Below are positions 38,748-50,200 of a stretch of 64,000 bases of DNA, in pieces; the stretch's first letter is position 1; each line of letters opens with the position of its first letter. The DNA comes from an uncultured Gammaproteobacteria bacterium (lineage in GTDB: Bacteria > Patescibacteriota > Patescibacteriia > UBA10025 > JAHIVO01). The DNA lies in assembly GCA_964592105.1 (NCBI GenBank), contig CAZQBL010000016.1, positions 2,560 to 66,559 on the forward strand, read 5' to 3'. Made by a program: the position numbers and the translations under genes. Below the pieces are notes generated by a model that saw only the letters and a program-made list of their open reading frames with translations, did not search any database and had not been told where the DNA came from.

Positions 38748-38842
38748 GCCATTGGCGGGACAAGGCCGTTCCCTTCAACCACCGTGGCACTCCGCTTTGA
38801 TATCTGTTTTAACGGCTCGGTATGCCTCCATTTAATTTTGAA

Positions 38843-38860
38843 TTCGGAAGGGGCGAGATT
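38843..38860 (-). repeat. 18-bp direct repeat of the tRNA-Ser(GCT) 3' end
   Basis: TTCGGAAGGGGCGAGATT at 38843-38860 and 38961-38978. Confidence 0.8.
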
Positions 38861-38962
38861 AGGCTTCGGCTTTCGCTGTCTTTCGCCATTCCCACCAACC
38901 TCATTCCGTTCGGGACTGGATCTCCGTCTGCGCTCCGATCGACTCTCAAATGAATTTTAGTT

Positions 38963-39053
38963 CGGAAGGGGCGAGATTCGAACTCGCGAAAGGGTTTTAA
39001 GGCCCTTTAACGGTTTAGCAAACCGCTGCCTTCAGCCACTCGGCCACCCTTCC
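38963..39053 (-). tRNA. tRNA-Ser(GCT)
   Basis: GGAAGGG acceptor, GCGGT-TTGCTAA-ACCGT anticodon arm, long variable arm, GCGAG-TTCGAAT-CTCGC; CCA not encoded. Confidence 0.95.
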
Positions 39054-39067
39054 GAACTAAAATTATT

Positions 39068-39796
39068 TTAGCCGCCTCGGGCGATGACGAGACCCCAGAC
39101 CTGCCGGCAACCGGCTTGTTTTAAAACTTTTGCACATTCATTCAAAGTAGAAAGCGTGGTGGCGACATCGTCGATAATTATAACATTTTTTCCGGAAACA
39201 TTAAAGTTATTGTTAAATGAGAAAGCACTGGATATATTCGCGCTTCTTTCGTTTTTTGTCAATTGCGCTTGTGGTGCGGTATATCGTTTTCGATAAATTA
39301 GGCCGGCTTGGTACGGTATTTCAAATTGCCCGGAGATATTCAAGCTCAATAGTTCTGCTTGGTTGAAGCCCCGTTCTAAAAGTCGTTTTTTATGTAAAGG
39401 GACGGCTGTCAGTAAAATTTTTGAGTAATAGGCATTAAGTATGGCCGGTTGGAAATGTCTGTCAAACAGTATGATAAATTTATTGACAAGTCCGCCAAGA
39501 CAGTCGGCCAAGTCAGGGACTAAGCTGTACTTAAGCGTTTGGATGGCGGACTGAACGATTTTCTGGTCATAACTGGTAGCCACCAGCAGACCGTCTAAGG
39601 ATATTTTTTTGGAACACTTTTGACAGACAGCGCCCCGAGTATTTTCTTGGCATAAGGGGCACTTTAAGTCAGTATTGATGGGAATATCGTTAAGGCAATC
39701 ATAACACAGCCATTCTCCTTCCCGACCGCAATTCAAACAGCTAATAGGGAAAACATTATCCAATATCAAACTTTTTAATTTTTTAAGTATGTTCAT
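39068..39796 (-). CDS. comF: ComF-family competence protein (zinc ribbon plus phosphoribosyltransferase-like domain)
   Basis: FPISCLNC..LCYDC, CPLC..CQKC, VPLHKKRLLERGFNQA, IIIDDVATTLST; ATG at 39796 preferred. Confidence 0.9.
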   Translation of the reverse strand: MNILKKLKSLILDNVFPISCLNCGREGEWLCYDCLNDIPINTDLKCPLCQENTRGAVCQKCSKKISLDGLLVATSYDQKIVQSAIQTLKYSLVPDLADCLGGLVNKFIILFDRHFQPAILNAYYSKILLTAVPLHKKRLLERGFNQAELLSLNISGQFEIPYQAGLIYRKRYTAPQAQLTKNERSANISSAFSFNNNFNVSGKNVIIIDDVATTLSTLNECAKVLKQAGCRQVWGLVIARGG

Positions 39797-39807
39797 CGTG
39801 GTTAAAA

Positions 39808-39933
39808 AAATACCTTCTCTCCCCACCTTTCTTCATGTAAGTAGTGCTCACCGGAGATTAATCTCTCGTAAATAAGCACAAATCAATAAGGCATTGATTA
39901 CACAAGACGAAAGGTAAGGCAGGGAAGGTATTT
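39808..39933 (-). ncRNA. Candidate structured RNA (long stem closing two hairpins) between clpC and comF
   Basis: ~30-bp imperfect outer stem with G-U pairs on the minus strand; inner hairpins AATCAAT/ATTGATT and GTGCT..GAGATTAATCTC..AGCAC. Confidence 0.5.
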
Positions 39934-39948
39934 ATTATCTAAATTTTT

Positions 39949-42453
39949 TTAATTCAGAACAATTGTTTCTTTTTTAACCCTTACTTTGATGGTATCGCCG
40001 AGCCTAAATTTATTGTTCAGTAAGCTGGAAGCGATATTACTTTCGATCATTTCCTGAATGTTGCGACGCACGGCCCTGGCGCCTTGATCTGGTAGATAGC
40101 TTTGGTCAGTAATAAACTTGACTACGTCTTTACTCACGTCCAGTTTCAATTTCTGCTCGGCTAATTTACGCTCCAGTTCTTTGAGTTGTTTCTCGACAAT
40201 TTTATAGATTACGGTGCGATCCAGCGGTTTGTAAACTATGATTTTATCAATTCTATTCAGAAGTTCCGGCTTGAATTTCTGCCGTAAGTCTTTTAGTACC
40301 TGCTGTTTGATCTCTTCGTATTTTTGATCGGCGGCCAGTTTATCTTCCTCGGTCTTGGCCTCAAAGCCGATATTGGCGCCTTTATTGAGGTTTTGAAGGC
40401 CGATGTTGGAAGTCATGATGATTATAGTATTTTTAAAATTAACCTTTTTGCCGGAGGCATCAGTCAAATGGCCGTCTTCCAATATTTGTAAGAGAAGGTT
40501 GAACACTTCCGGATGGGCTTTTTCAATTTCATCGAATAGTACGACTGAATACGGTTTACGCCTGACCGGTTCGGTTAGTTTGCTGCCCTCTTTGTAACCC
40601 ACATAACCGGCCGGAGCGCCGATTAGTTTGGAGACGTTGAAACCTTCGGCAAACTCAGACATGTCGATGCGGATGAGTGCCCGTTCATCTTCATAGACAC
40701 TTTTGGCCAGTACTTTGGCGGTCTCTGTTTTGCCCACGCCCGAGGGGCCCAGGAAAATAAACGAAGCAATTGGCCGGTTGGGGTCAGCCAGTCCCACGCG
40801 GGAGCGACGGATATAGTCGGCGATTACTTTCATAGCCTCATCCTGGCCGATGATTTTTTCGGCCAGCAGCTCTTCTAAGTGCAACAATCTTTCTCTTTCC
40901 TCGACCACCAGATCCTGCAGGGGTACTTTGGTGATTCTGGAAACAACCTCGGCAATGTCCTTTTTTGTAATTTTGCCGATGAATTTCTTGGCCGACTGCT
41001 CCTGTTTTTGGCGCAAAACCATCAGGTGTTCCCGAAGCTTTTTTTCCTGAGATTTTATTTCCAAAGCTTTGTCAAATTGTTCTTTGTTGACCAACTCCTC
41101 TTTAATTTTTTGGAATTTTTCAATTTCTTTTTCCGTCTGATGAATTTCTTTGAGCAGCCCCTCGCCTTTTTGACTGATTTTGATTTTGGAAGCGGCTTCG
41201 TCAATTAAGTCAATGGCTTTGTCGGGCAGAAATTTATCCTGGAGATAGCGGGTGCTTAGATTGACGGCCGCTTCAATGGCTTCATCCGTGATATGAACTA
41301 AATGGTATTTTTCGTAATTTTCCTTGATACCCTGGAGAACTTCCTTGGTTTCTTCGGGGGAAGCCTCCTCGACGATTATCGGTTGGAAACGCCGTTCTAA
41401 AGCGGCGTCTGATTCTATATATTTTCGGTACTCGTCCAAGGTGGTGGCGCCGATGGTTCTGATTTCTCCTTTGGCCAAAGCCGGTTTTAAAATATTGGCG
41501 GCGTCCATAGAGCCGGCCGCCGAGCCGGTGCCGACAACGGTATGGAGCTCGTCAATAAAAAGCACGATGTTGGGGTCTTTTTTTATTTCATCGAGAATCT
41601 GTTTCAAACGCCCTTCAAATTCGCCGCGGTAGATGGTGCCAGCCACGACCAGACCCAGATCCAACTTCAGTATTTTTTTGTCCAGTAGGGCGTCCGGTAC
41701 CTCGCCGCTGATTATTTTTTTGGCCAGACCTTCAACAATGGCGGTCTTACCCACACCCGGATCGCCGATTAGTACCGGATTGTTTTTGGTTCGACGGGAG
41801 AGTATATGGATGAGTCGTTCGATTTCATTTTTTCGGCCGATAACCGGATCAATACTTTTTTGCAACTTGTGGTCGGTCAAATCGGTGGTAAAGAAATCCA
41901 AGGCCGGGTTTTTTGATTCACCTTTTGATTTTTCTTCTTTTTCCGATTCTTTGGCCTGTTCAAAAATTTGGGTGAGGTCCGGAAAGCGGGAGGTGCTGCG
42001 CATGACCGTGTCTAGGTGCGTTTTTAGTTTGTTCAGATTAATGCGATTGTTCTCCCAAAGCTCAATCATGGTGGGTGTATTTACTTCCATCAGGGCGTAG
42101 AGTAAATGCTCGGTACCCACGTATTTATGAGAATAGCGACTGGCCAGTAGGGCTGATTTTTCTATGACTTTTTTGGTGGCCTCGGACAAAACGACCGCTC
42201 CATTATTCTTCACGGGTTCGGCCGTCGGCAAGGCTGTTTTATTTTTCTGAATAACCAAACTGCGAATACGTTCGGCATTCAAACCCATTTTGGTGAGTAT
42301 TTCCGCGGCGATACTGCCACGCTGGAGCATCAGCCCGTAAATCAAATGTTCAGGGTTGACCCCGGTATGGCCAAGGCTTGCGGTCAACTCCCGAGCTTTT
42401 TTTAGAGCGTTTTTTAGATGAGTGGAAAATTTATCTAGAATTTTATTATTCAT
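39949..42453 (-). CDS. clpC: ATP-dependent Clp protease ATP-binding subunit ClpC
   Basis: Clp-N repeats, [17 protein letters not shown]-like middle domain, [27 protein letters not shown] loop, GARAVRR. Confidence 0.93.
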   Translation of the reverse strand: MNNKILDKFSTHLKNALKKARELTASLGHTGVNPEHLIYGLMLQRGSIAAEILTKMGLNAERIRSLVIQKNKTALPTAEPVKNNGAVVLSEATKKVIEKSALLASRYSHKYVGTEHLLYALMEVNTPTMIELWENNRINLNKLKTHLDTVMRSTSRFPDLTQIFEQAKESEKEEKSKGESKNPALDFFTTDLTDHKLQKSIDPVIGRKNEIERLIHILSRRTKNNPVLIGDPGVGKTAIVEGLAKKIISGEVPDALLDKKILKLDLGLVVAGTIYRGEFEGRLKQILDEIKKDPNIVLFIDELHTVVGTGSAAGSMDAANILKPALAKGEIRTIGATTLDEYRKYIESDAALERRFQPIIVEEASPEETKEVLQGIKENYEKYHLVHITDEAIEAAVNLSTRYLQDKFLPDKAIDLIDEAASKIKISQKGEGLLKEIHQTEKEIEKFQKIKEELVNKEQFDKALEIKSQEKKLREHLMVLRQKQEQSAKKFIGKITKKDIAEVVSRITKVPLQDLVVEERERLLHLEELLAEKIIGQDEAMKVIADYIRRSRVGLADPNRPIASFIFLGPSGVGKTETAKVLAKSVYEDERALIRIDMSEFAEGFNVSKLIGAPAGYVGYKEGSKLTEPVRRKPYSVVLFDEIEKAHPEVFNLLLQILEDGHLTDASGKKVNFKNTIIIMTSNIGLQNLNKGANIGFEAKTEEDKLAADQKYEEIKQQVLKDLRQKFKPELLNRIDKIIVYKPLDRTVIYKIVEKQLKELERKLAEQKLKLDVSKDVVKFITDQSYLPDQGARAVRRNIQEMIESNIASSLLNNKFRLGDTIKVRVKKETIVLN

Positions 42454-42498
42454 AATTTAATAAAAAGGTTATTTTAGGTTATTTTATGTGTAAAGTAT

Positions 42499-42527
42499 AT
42501 TATACTAACCAGACATTATCAAGTCAA
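42499..42527 (-). promoter_or_regulatory. sigma70-type promoter for clpC
   Basis: Minus strand TTGACT, 17 nt spacer, TATAAT. Confidence 0.7.
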
Positions 42528-42592
42528 TTCAGAAAGACTTCAAAAGGCCTAACCATACTTTGGTCGGCTGGGTAAGCTGTATTGATAATAGT

Positions 42593-42730
42593 TTATATGT
42601 TGGTCAGTGCCAAAACGATGGTCGCCAAGGCGACGAAGCCGGCAAAGATCATGATTCCGACGGTGATTTTGGTCGAGGTGGCCGTTTTGGTGGCCACTTC
42701 ACTTGCCAGAGCAGGTTTATCGTTATTCAT
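42593..42730 (-). CDS. Unannotated 45-aa single-TM protein
   Basis: MNNDKPALASEVATKTATSTKITVGIMIFAGFVALATIVLALTNI*; ATG 6 nt after the htpX stop; coding-like GC between AT-rich flanks. Confidence 0.65.
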   Translation of the reverse strand: MNNDKPALASEVATKTATSTKITVGIMIFAGFVALATIVLALTNI

Positions 42731-42736
42731 AATTAT

Positions 42737-43633
42737 TTAATTATTGATCGAACCCATCTGGCGTAAGGCGGCTATGCGTTTGTCAATAGGTGGATGAGTA
42801 GAAAAGAGGTTACTAAGGCCGCCAGCCATCGGGTTGGCGATGTAGAGATGCGCGGTTGAGTGCGTAGCCCGTTCGATGCGCGCGCCTTGGTTTTTAATTT
42901 TTTCTAAAGCCGAGGCCAGGCCTTCGGGATAACGGGTGAGCAAGGCGCCAGTAGCATCGGCCAGATATTCCCGTTTGCGCGATACGGCCAGACGGATGAG
43001 CTGGGCGATGATTGGCGACAGTATCAATAATAACAGCCCGACTAGAAAAAAAATGTTCCCGCCTGGGTCACGGTTATCGCGTCGGCCTCCGATAAATCTG
43101 GTGCGCCAGAAAATATCCGAAAGCATCATGATGGTTCCAACTAAAACAATCACCAGAGTCATATAGCGAATATCATAGTTGCCGATGTGCGACATTTCAT
43201 GGGCAATGACTCCTTCTAGCTCCTCGTTGGTCAATTTGGCGATCGCACCTTGAGTTACGGCAATTGAGGAGTGTTTTGGATCACGGCCGGTAGCAAAAGC
43301 GTTGATGTCTTCGTCGGGAATGATATAGACCCTAGGCATAGGCAGACCGGCGGTGATGGCTAAATTTTCCACCAGGCGCACTACATAGGGGTTTTGTTCT
43401 TTGGTAACAGGTTGGGCGCCTGAAGTCCAGAGGGCTATTTTATCGCCAGAGTAATAGCCAACCAGCGCAATTATCAAGGCGTATAGAAAGGCAATGATAA
43501 TCCAGAAATAACCGCCTGTGCCTTCAATCTGATCAATGGCGTAACCAAGGCTGATAAGGACAGCAAAACAAACAACCATTAGTATTATTGACCTGCGTTT
43601 GTTTGAGGCTATATGTGTGTAGATGGTGGGCAT
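42737..43633 (-). CDS. htpX: Zinc metalloprotease HtpX (M48)
   Basis: NAFATGRDP, ELEGVIAHEMSH, SRKREYLADATG, LFSTHPPIDKRI. Confidence 0.93.
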   Translation of the reverse strand: MPTIYTHIASNKRRSIILMVVCFAVLISLGYAIDQIEGTGGYFWIIIAFLYALIIALVGYYSGDKIALWTSGAQPVTKEQNPYVVRLVENLAITAGLPMPRVYIIPDEDINAFATGRDPKHSSIAVTQGAIAKLTNEELEGVIAHEMSHIGNYDIRYMTLVIVLVGTIMMLSDIFWRTRFIGGRRDNRDPGGNIFFLVGLLLLILSPIIAQLIRLAVSRKREYLADATGALLTRYPEGLASALEKIKNQGARIERATHSTAHLYIANPMAGGLSNLFSTHPPIDKRIAALRQMGSINN

Positions 43634-43767
43634 AGATGGCCGTGAACTTTGGGTCCCAAGCTTTGAGCCGGAGAGGCTTACAACTTGGGCCCGTAAAACA
43701 TGGGCTGGATTTTTTATCCTCTTAGTTTTCTACAGAAAGCTGTTAATTGTTTTTCTAAACCTTGTTA

Positions 43768-44325
43768 CTAAAAGCTAACCTTCACCGGTTCTTTGGCTGC
43801 TTCTTCCTCAAGCTCAAAAAACTCACGTTTGCTGAACTTAAACATTGAGGCGACGATGTTGGAAGGAAAACTTTCGATTTTGATGTTGAAGTCGCGGACG
43901 TTGCCGTTATAAAATCTTCTGGCGGCCTGAATTTTGTTCTCGGTGTCTGATAATTCATCCTGCAATTTCAGAAAATTTTCATTAGCTTTTAATTCCGGAT
44001 AATTTTCGGCGATAGCGAATAAACTTTTTAGCGTGCCGGAAAGCATATTTTCTGCTTTGCCCTTTTCTTCAATACCTTGAGCGCCCATGGCTGCGGCGCG
44101 AGCTTGAGTTACTTTTTCAAAAAGTTCGCGCTCGTGTTTGGCGTAGCCCTTGACTGACTCCACCAAATTAGGAATGAGGTCATAGCGGCGTTTTAATTGA
44201 ACATCGATGTCTGACCAGGCTTCGTCCGTTTGGTTGCGCAGGCGGATCAGAGCGTTATAAACTGCTATGAACCAAAAAATTACGGCAGCGAGAGCGATGA
44301 TGATAATCCACAAGATTGGAGACAT
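43768..44325 (-). CDS. lemA: LemA family protein
   Basis: [53 protein letters not shown]. Confidence 0.95.
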   Translation of the reverse strand: MSPILWIIIIALAAVIFWFIAVYNALIRLRNQTDEAWSDIDVQLKRRYDLIPNLVESVKGYAKHERELFEKVTQARAAAMGAQGIEEKGKAENMLSGTLKSLFAIAENYPELKANENFLKLQDELSDTENKIQAARRFYNGNVRDFNIKIESFPSNIVASMFKFSKREFFELEEEAAKEPVKVSF

Positions 44326-44355
44326 ATAAGTTTTTCCTTTCTTATTAATTATAAA

Positions 44356-44883
44356 TTACGTACCCGGAGAAATTAGCAAATTTATAGTGCTGGCCAACAA
44401 TTCAGTCTCAGTCACAGATTCGTTTTCGGTTTGCACGATAATTTGATCACCATTTTTAAATTCGCTTAGTGAAATATTCTGTTTGTAATCGCCAGTGTTG
44501 CCCGGCGTGGGCGCTTGGGACAGATCGAGTTTTAAAAGTTGGGTGTTGGCATTGATTACCGCGGCGATTTCTTTGACTTGAGAAGCGCCATTTGCCTGTT
44601 TGACCTGCGTGGAAAAGTATATTTTATCATTTTCCACCCTGGTGACTCGTCCGTTGTAGCTTACGGTATTAGCGCCTTTGATCCGGTTATTACGTGCCGC
44701 GACTTCTTTTACGGAGATTATCGGAACTATGTTTTTGCCAGAACCCTGTCCGTTTTTTTTGCCGTAGAAATATCCGACCAAGCCAATTACGAGCAGAACA
44801 ATAATAATAACAGAAGAGGCGACGTAAGCGGTTTTAATTTTCTGGTGGGCGTCAGAGTTTTGATTATTTTTTTTACTTGACAT
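44356..44883 (-). CDS. Hypothetical membrane-anchored protein with OB-like C-terminal domain
   Basis: One TM; GRVTRVE..INANTQL..ISLSEFKNGDQIIV; upstream TTGACA-17-GATAAT at 44977-44949. Confidence 0.7.
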   Translation of the reverse strand: MSSKKNNQNSDAHQKIKTAYVASSVIIIVLLVIGLVGYFYGKKNGQGSGKNIVPIISVKEVAARNNRIKGANTVSYNGRVTRVENDKIYFSTQVKQANGASQVKEIAAVINANTQLLKLDLSQAPTPGNTGDYKQNISLSEFKNGDQIIVQTENESVTETELLASTINLLISPGT

Positions 44884-45025
44884 AAGGTCAAATAATGTGT
44901 TAAAATAAGAATACTATTTTTTGATTTTTTGGGTCATTTACCTTTTTAATTATCAAGAAAATATTTTAATTTGTCAACCTTGGTTTTTTCCTTAATTTTT
45001 TTACCTGGCTTTAGTCAAGATTATT

Positions 45026-47104
45026 ATGGAGGAAACGCGAAAAAATACAAAAAAATTTGAATGGCAATCTACAAAATGGGCTTATTATAGCCTGTTTTTT
45101 AGTTTGCTGATGATTTTGGTATTGGGAGACGGTCAAAAAGTGTTGGCGGCCTTTACCGAACCGACTAATCAACCTCCAGAGGAAAATATGCCAGGATTTC
45201 TGAATGTTAGTGGAGAAAATCAAGCCAAAAGCGGAAAGTTACGCTTGGGCAGCAGCGATAAGACCAATATCAATTTTCAACTGGAAGTTACCGGCGAAGG
45301 CGCGAAGATAAGCAATTCAGTTATAGATGAAGACTTGACCGTAAATAAAGGTACTCTGTACGTTGATTCATTGAACAATCGAGTTGGTATCGGCACGTTA
45401 GTTCCCACAGATAAGTTGACGGTACAGGGCAACGCATATATCGACGCTGCTGGTCTTGGGGTTGGCTTGGCGGCCTGGTCTGACAGCACTGATCAGCATA
45501 CCCTTTATGGATCTACGGCAAATACTAACTACGCTGGTGTGGCTGGAGTCGGGACATCAGCAGGTAACTACGGAGTTTATGGTTATAATTTTTCCGGGAC
45601 GGCCGTACGCGGCGAAAATACTTCAAATCAGATAAGCGCCATTTATGGCTATGCTGTTGACGGCCGGGCAATTTATGGTCATAACATAAATCCATATGGT
45701 TTGTGGGCTGGATATTTTTCCGGCCGTCTGGAAACTAATAAAGACTTAAGTGGCGCAAAATTTTTGGCTACTAGTTTGCAAGCTTCAGTTATACCTTTTA
45801 CTTCCGGTCAGATAACCCGGGAATATAATTATGGTGATCCGGTGCCATATGACGGTGCGCCGGCCATAAAATATTTCGACGGCACTTATCTTTGGGGTTT
45901 TCGCGGTTCCTATGTACATAAAATCAGGGCGTCCGACGGATTTAGAATTGCCGCATTCAACGTTGGTAATTTTCCCACCGGACTCGCCTATGATGGAAAA
46001 AACATCTGGGTGACAGTTGGTGGAGAGGCACTAAGTACGGTATCGAAGATTGATCCCAACAGTGGTTCGGTTTTGTGCAGTTACAACACGTTGACCAATG
46101 CCAGGGGCGTGTCTTTTGATGGCCGTAATTACTGGGTTTTGGACAGGATTTCTAGCAGGGCCGGAAAAATTATAAAAATCGACAGTACTTGCGCCAGGAC
46201 AGGAGAAATTTCTTTAACCACCACCACCGACGTAGATGTCGTAGATGGTCAGATTATTTTTAATGGTAGCTATCTCTGGGTTATTGGTAAGGACAGCGCC
46301 GGCAATGGCATTGTTTTTAATATCAATCCTTCAAACGGAAAAGCCATGGCCTGGTCAGACTTGGTTGGGCTCGACCCCCGGCAGATTTTTTATGACAATT
46401 ATTACTATTGGGTGACCAACTACGGTAGTGGTACTCTCACCAAATTCGTACTGACAGACAAAATTTGTACTATGCCGGATTTTGATCCGAACAACCTGCA
46501 ATATTGTTCGGTTGATTCTGATTGCGATTCAGCGCTTGGCATTGGCGACGGTGCCTGTTTCGCTCTGCCCGTTGAATATGAGTCTTATAACCTCGGAGCC
46601 GGGAGTCAGCCGCGCGAAATTATTTTTGATGGAACATATCTCTGGTTGGGCACCCAGTTCGGCGTTTTACGTTTGATGACAGCCGATCCCACCGTGGGCG
46701 CGGCAGCATTTGACACGCTGAATTTTCAGCCCAGCGGGTTAGTTTTTGACGGAACTTATGTTTGGTCTTCGGCCGGCTCGGTTTTGAAAAAAGTTTATAG
46801 CGGTACTGGGTACGGCCTCACAGATCTAGGAGGAGCGCTGACTCTTCAGAATAATAACCAGTTAATTCAGCAAACCGGAGATATAAATGTTAACGGCTCG
46901 GCTATTGTCGGAACCAACGCCATGGCTGATGAATTGGATGTTAGTGAAAATACTTGGGGCGAAGAAGTCGCCGGTGACGTCAGCGAAAACGACGGCGATG
47001 CTTTGGATCAGGGTACTTATTCTTGTCCGAATGGACATTTCGTGAAAAATGTTGTAACCAACGGGTCGGGTGAAGTAATACGTATAGAGTGCCGACCGTT
47101 GTAA
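45026..47104 (+). CDS. Secreted fibre/beta-propeller adhesin-like protein, paralog 1
   Basis: Signal peptide; FTEP..PP..N..L..QAKSGKL; VGIGT..P; GVYG repeats; WAGYF; FDGxYxW repeats; C-terminal CPNGHFV..CRPL. Confidence 0.75.
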   Translation: MEETRKNTKKFEWQSTKWAYYSLFFSLLMILVLGDGQKVLAAFTEPTNQPPEENMPGFLNVSGENQAKSGKLRLGSSDKTNINFQLEVTGEGAKISNSVIDEDLTVNKGTLYVDSLNNRVGIGTLVPTDKLTVQGNAYIDAAGLGVGLAAWSDSTDQHTLYGSTANTNYAGVAGVGTSAGNYGVYGYNFSGTAVRGENTSNQISAIYGYAVDGRAIYGHNINPYGLWAGYFSGRLETNKDLSGAKFLATSLQASVIPFTSGQITREYNYGDPVPYDGAPAIKYFDGTYLWGFRGSYVHKIRASDGFRIAAFNVGNFPTGLAYDGKNIWVTVGGEALSTVSKIDPNSGSVLCSYNTLTNARGVSFDGRNYWVLDRISSRAGKIIKIDSTCARTGEISLTTTTDVDVVDGQIIFNGSYLWVIGKDSAGNGIVFNINPSNGKAMAWSDLVGLDPRQIFYDNYYYWVTNYGSGTLTKFVLTDKICTMPDFDPNNLQYCSVDSDCDSALGIGDGACFALPVEYESYNLGAGSQPREIIFDGTYLWLGTQFGVLRLMTADPTVGAAAFDTLNFQPSGLVFDGTYVWSSAGSVLKKVYSGTGYGLTDLGGALTLQNNNQLIQQTGDINVNGSAIVGTNAMADELDVSENTWGEEVAGDVSENDGDALDQGTYSCPNGHFVKNVVTNGSGEVIRIECRPL

Positions 47105-47262
47105 TAATAAGTAATTTGTAATTGGCAGTTTTTGGGAAACTATTGAAAAGTTTAAAGAAGCGTAAGTGTCGGCCAAGCGATGAAGCAAAGAAGTAGAAAA
47201 AGAAAATTATTGCAAAATAAATTTACAACCACTTCAGTACTAAAAACGTTTTGAAAATTAAG

Positions 47263-50200
47263 ATGAGACATTCTGTCTATAAAACTAAATCAATAAAAAA
47301 ATCAACGCTGTTGTACCTTGGTTTGACCTGTTGGCTTTTGATTGCTGGATTTGGAATAAACGCGGCTCGGGCGGCTTGGGAAGAGCCGTCGGCAGAAGCG
47401 CCGGGCGGCAATGTGTTTGGTCCTTTAAACATTGGTCCTGATATGCAGACTAAACAGGGGCGTTTGCTTTTGGATCCACTTTATAATCCGTTGAATAGTA
47501 TGCCGCCAATCAACAACCAATTGGAGGTTAGAGGTGAGGGCGCTTATTTTTCTACCCTCTATGCCAGCCAAACCCTGGCGGTGGATACGGATACTTTAGT
47601 TGTCAATGACACTGGTCTCGGCATAGGTACGGCCAATCCCACCGTGGCTCTACAAGTGGCGGACAGCAGGGTAAGAGTGACGACTGATTTAGCCGGCGTT
47701 GCGGCGGTACAATCCCGGTCATCCGGAAGTAGCGGCCTTTATGCTTATGCCGAGGGTGCCGACCTTGCCGCGGTTTATGGTACGAGTGCCAGCGGGTTCG
47801 GAGTTTATGGAATTAATGAATTCGGCGGGACGGGGGTTTTTGGACGAAGCGAAACATCATCGGCGGTAGTCGGCAGCACCGCGGCAAGTTACAATCCTAC
47901 CAATATCATCGCCGGTGTTTACGGGCAGGCCAGCGGTTTGAATTCCTGGGCCGGGTATTTCCAGCAACGCCTGTTCGGGTCGGATCAGATCATCGGCAGG
48001 AAATTTTCACCCAATCGCCTGCAAAATTCCCAAATATCCTATACAGCTGGTTGGGAAATGAGACAGGTGGAGGATAGCCGTTACACCTCGCCTAAACACA
48101 TTGTTTTTGACGGAAATTATCTCTGGGTATCGCAGGCGGGGGAGTTTGACAATATGTTTATTATTGATCCTGTCTCTGGCACAATTGCTCAAGAGTTTTA
48201 TCCGGCTGATAACTATCACAATCATATCGTGCCCAATAAAATGATTTTTGTAAACGGTTACATCTGGGCGGCTACCAAGGTCAATACCGGAACGTGCATC
48301 CGTGGGTCAATCGCCAGAATAAACGTTGATCCGGACAATATTGAAATAATAAATTACCCTGTCACCGACTGTCCACCCAGCGGTTACAGCACTGCTATTG
48401 ACTTGGTTTATGACAATCAGACGACCGGCGGTCCGTACATCTGGACTGTTAATTGGATTAACCGCTATGGCGGCAACTATGATTATAGCCTTGGGCGTCT
48501 GAACCTGAATGATTATAGCTATATGCCGCCGATCAAGCCCTCTGGGCAGTGCCTAACTTTTGATCCCTCCAGGTGCAATGATGGTATTGATAATGACAGT
48601 GACGCTAATATTGATTTCGGCTGCAGCGGTGTACCTGGAGTGCCGCCAAATTATTCTTGGCTTTTAGATACGCAAGAAGAATGTGAAGGGGCTGGAGGCA
48701 GTTGGAATACTGGTGATACTCAGTGCACTAATATTGGCTGGGAATCACCTGACGGCAATGATATCACTAATGATGAAAGATTGGTAATGAAAGCATTAGG
48801 TCATCCGACGGGTATCACTATGGATACAAGCCGCGGTGATATTTGGGTGAGTTTTAATGGCATGGAAGCTTACAGCGCCGGAGAGCAATCTATCTCCGGT
48901 GAAGGGCTGATCAAAATTTCGGCTTCCAACACGGATGATTACTCGGTATATTGCCAGCAGAACAGTTCCGGCATCGCCTTGCCGGGTCGTAAGCCGGCGG
49001 ATATCGTTTATGACAGTGTTAATGACCGAATTTGGATAGCTCATGATCCAAGCTGGGTCAACTATCAGCCGGCCAGTGGCATCAGCAAGATAGATCCGGA
49101 GACAGGCAGGACAGAAGCGGAATATACGCGGCAAACCGGCTATGTATGGGGCAGTGGCGGACCGTTTGTCATTGATTTTGATAGTAGCTCCGATGGCGGT
49201 CCGTATATTTGGGCCAGTAACAGTGAACATGGCGAGCATTTGGTGAAGTTTGACATTGCCAATGCAACCTTTACTCATGATTATTATCCATTGCCGGGCA
49301 TAGTCTATGATTTCACTTTTGACAGGCGGAATCCGTCTAATCCTTATATTTGGGGTGCTCATGCCGACGCCAGTCTGCTTAGCCAGAATCAAATAAATAG
49401 TCCATATACAACAGTTACTTATGTCCCCAAGGGAGCCGCTTCTGGAGATGTATTGTTTGACGGAACTTATGTTTGGACCAGTAATAGAAGCGGATATTCC
49501 GTCAGTAAATATCGGGCCGTGGATGGAAAAAAAATAGGTGATTATGGCACCGGACGCAATCCAAACTTTATGGTTTTTGACGGCACTAATATTTGGACAT
49601 TCAACAATTATGACTTGCAAAGCCGAGATATTACCAAGATTCGGGCGATTGATGGAGCGCGCCTGGGCGATTTTAACAAAGGCCAAAGGGAGATGGGCGC
49701 TGACGCTGTTTTTGACGGTCGGTATATCTGGAATTCTAATTCATATTCAAACTCGCTAAGAAAAATAGATACGCAGAACTGCACCGATCCGGATGGCGGA
49801 GGTCCAGCAGTCGGCAGTTGTGCTAATAAATTATTCACGGCCTCGTCTGGCTTGCCGGTAAATTTTCAGCCTAATAAAATCATTTACGATGGAAATTACA
49901 TCTGGGCAACATCAAATAAATCCAATAATGGCAATCAAATTATAAAAATATCATTTAGCGATAATAATACGCCAAACAATATTAATGATGACACAATTGC
50001 AGTAGTCGGCACATATACTTTTACTGATATTGGTATAGCCACGGGTAATATTAATTTGATTGAGTTTGACGGCACTTATATCTGGCTGGGCACGATCGGA
50101 GTGGATGGTTTTGGCAATAGCGTTTATAAATTTGATCCAAATAACTGCTCCGGGAGTGCGTGTCCTCTGGCGGGGAGATTCCCCATTTACCATGAGGCGG

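Noticed and set aside
48796-49686. 296-aa minus-strand ORF, and similar shadows such as 24382-25038 and 21642-22181
   Set aside because: Entirely or almost entirely antisense to long motif-bearing genes and without recognisable motifs
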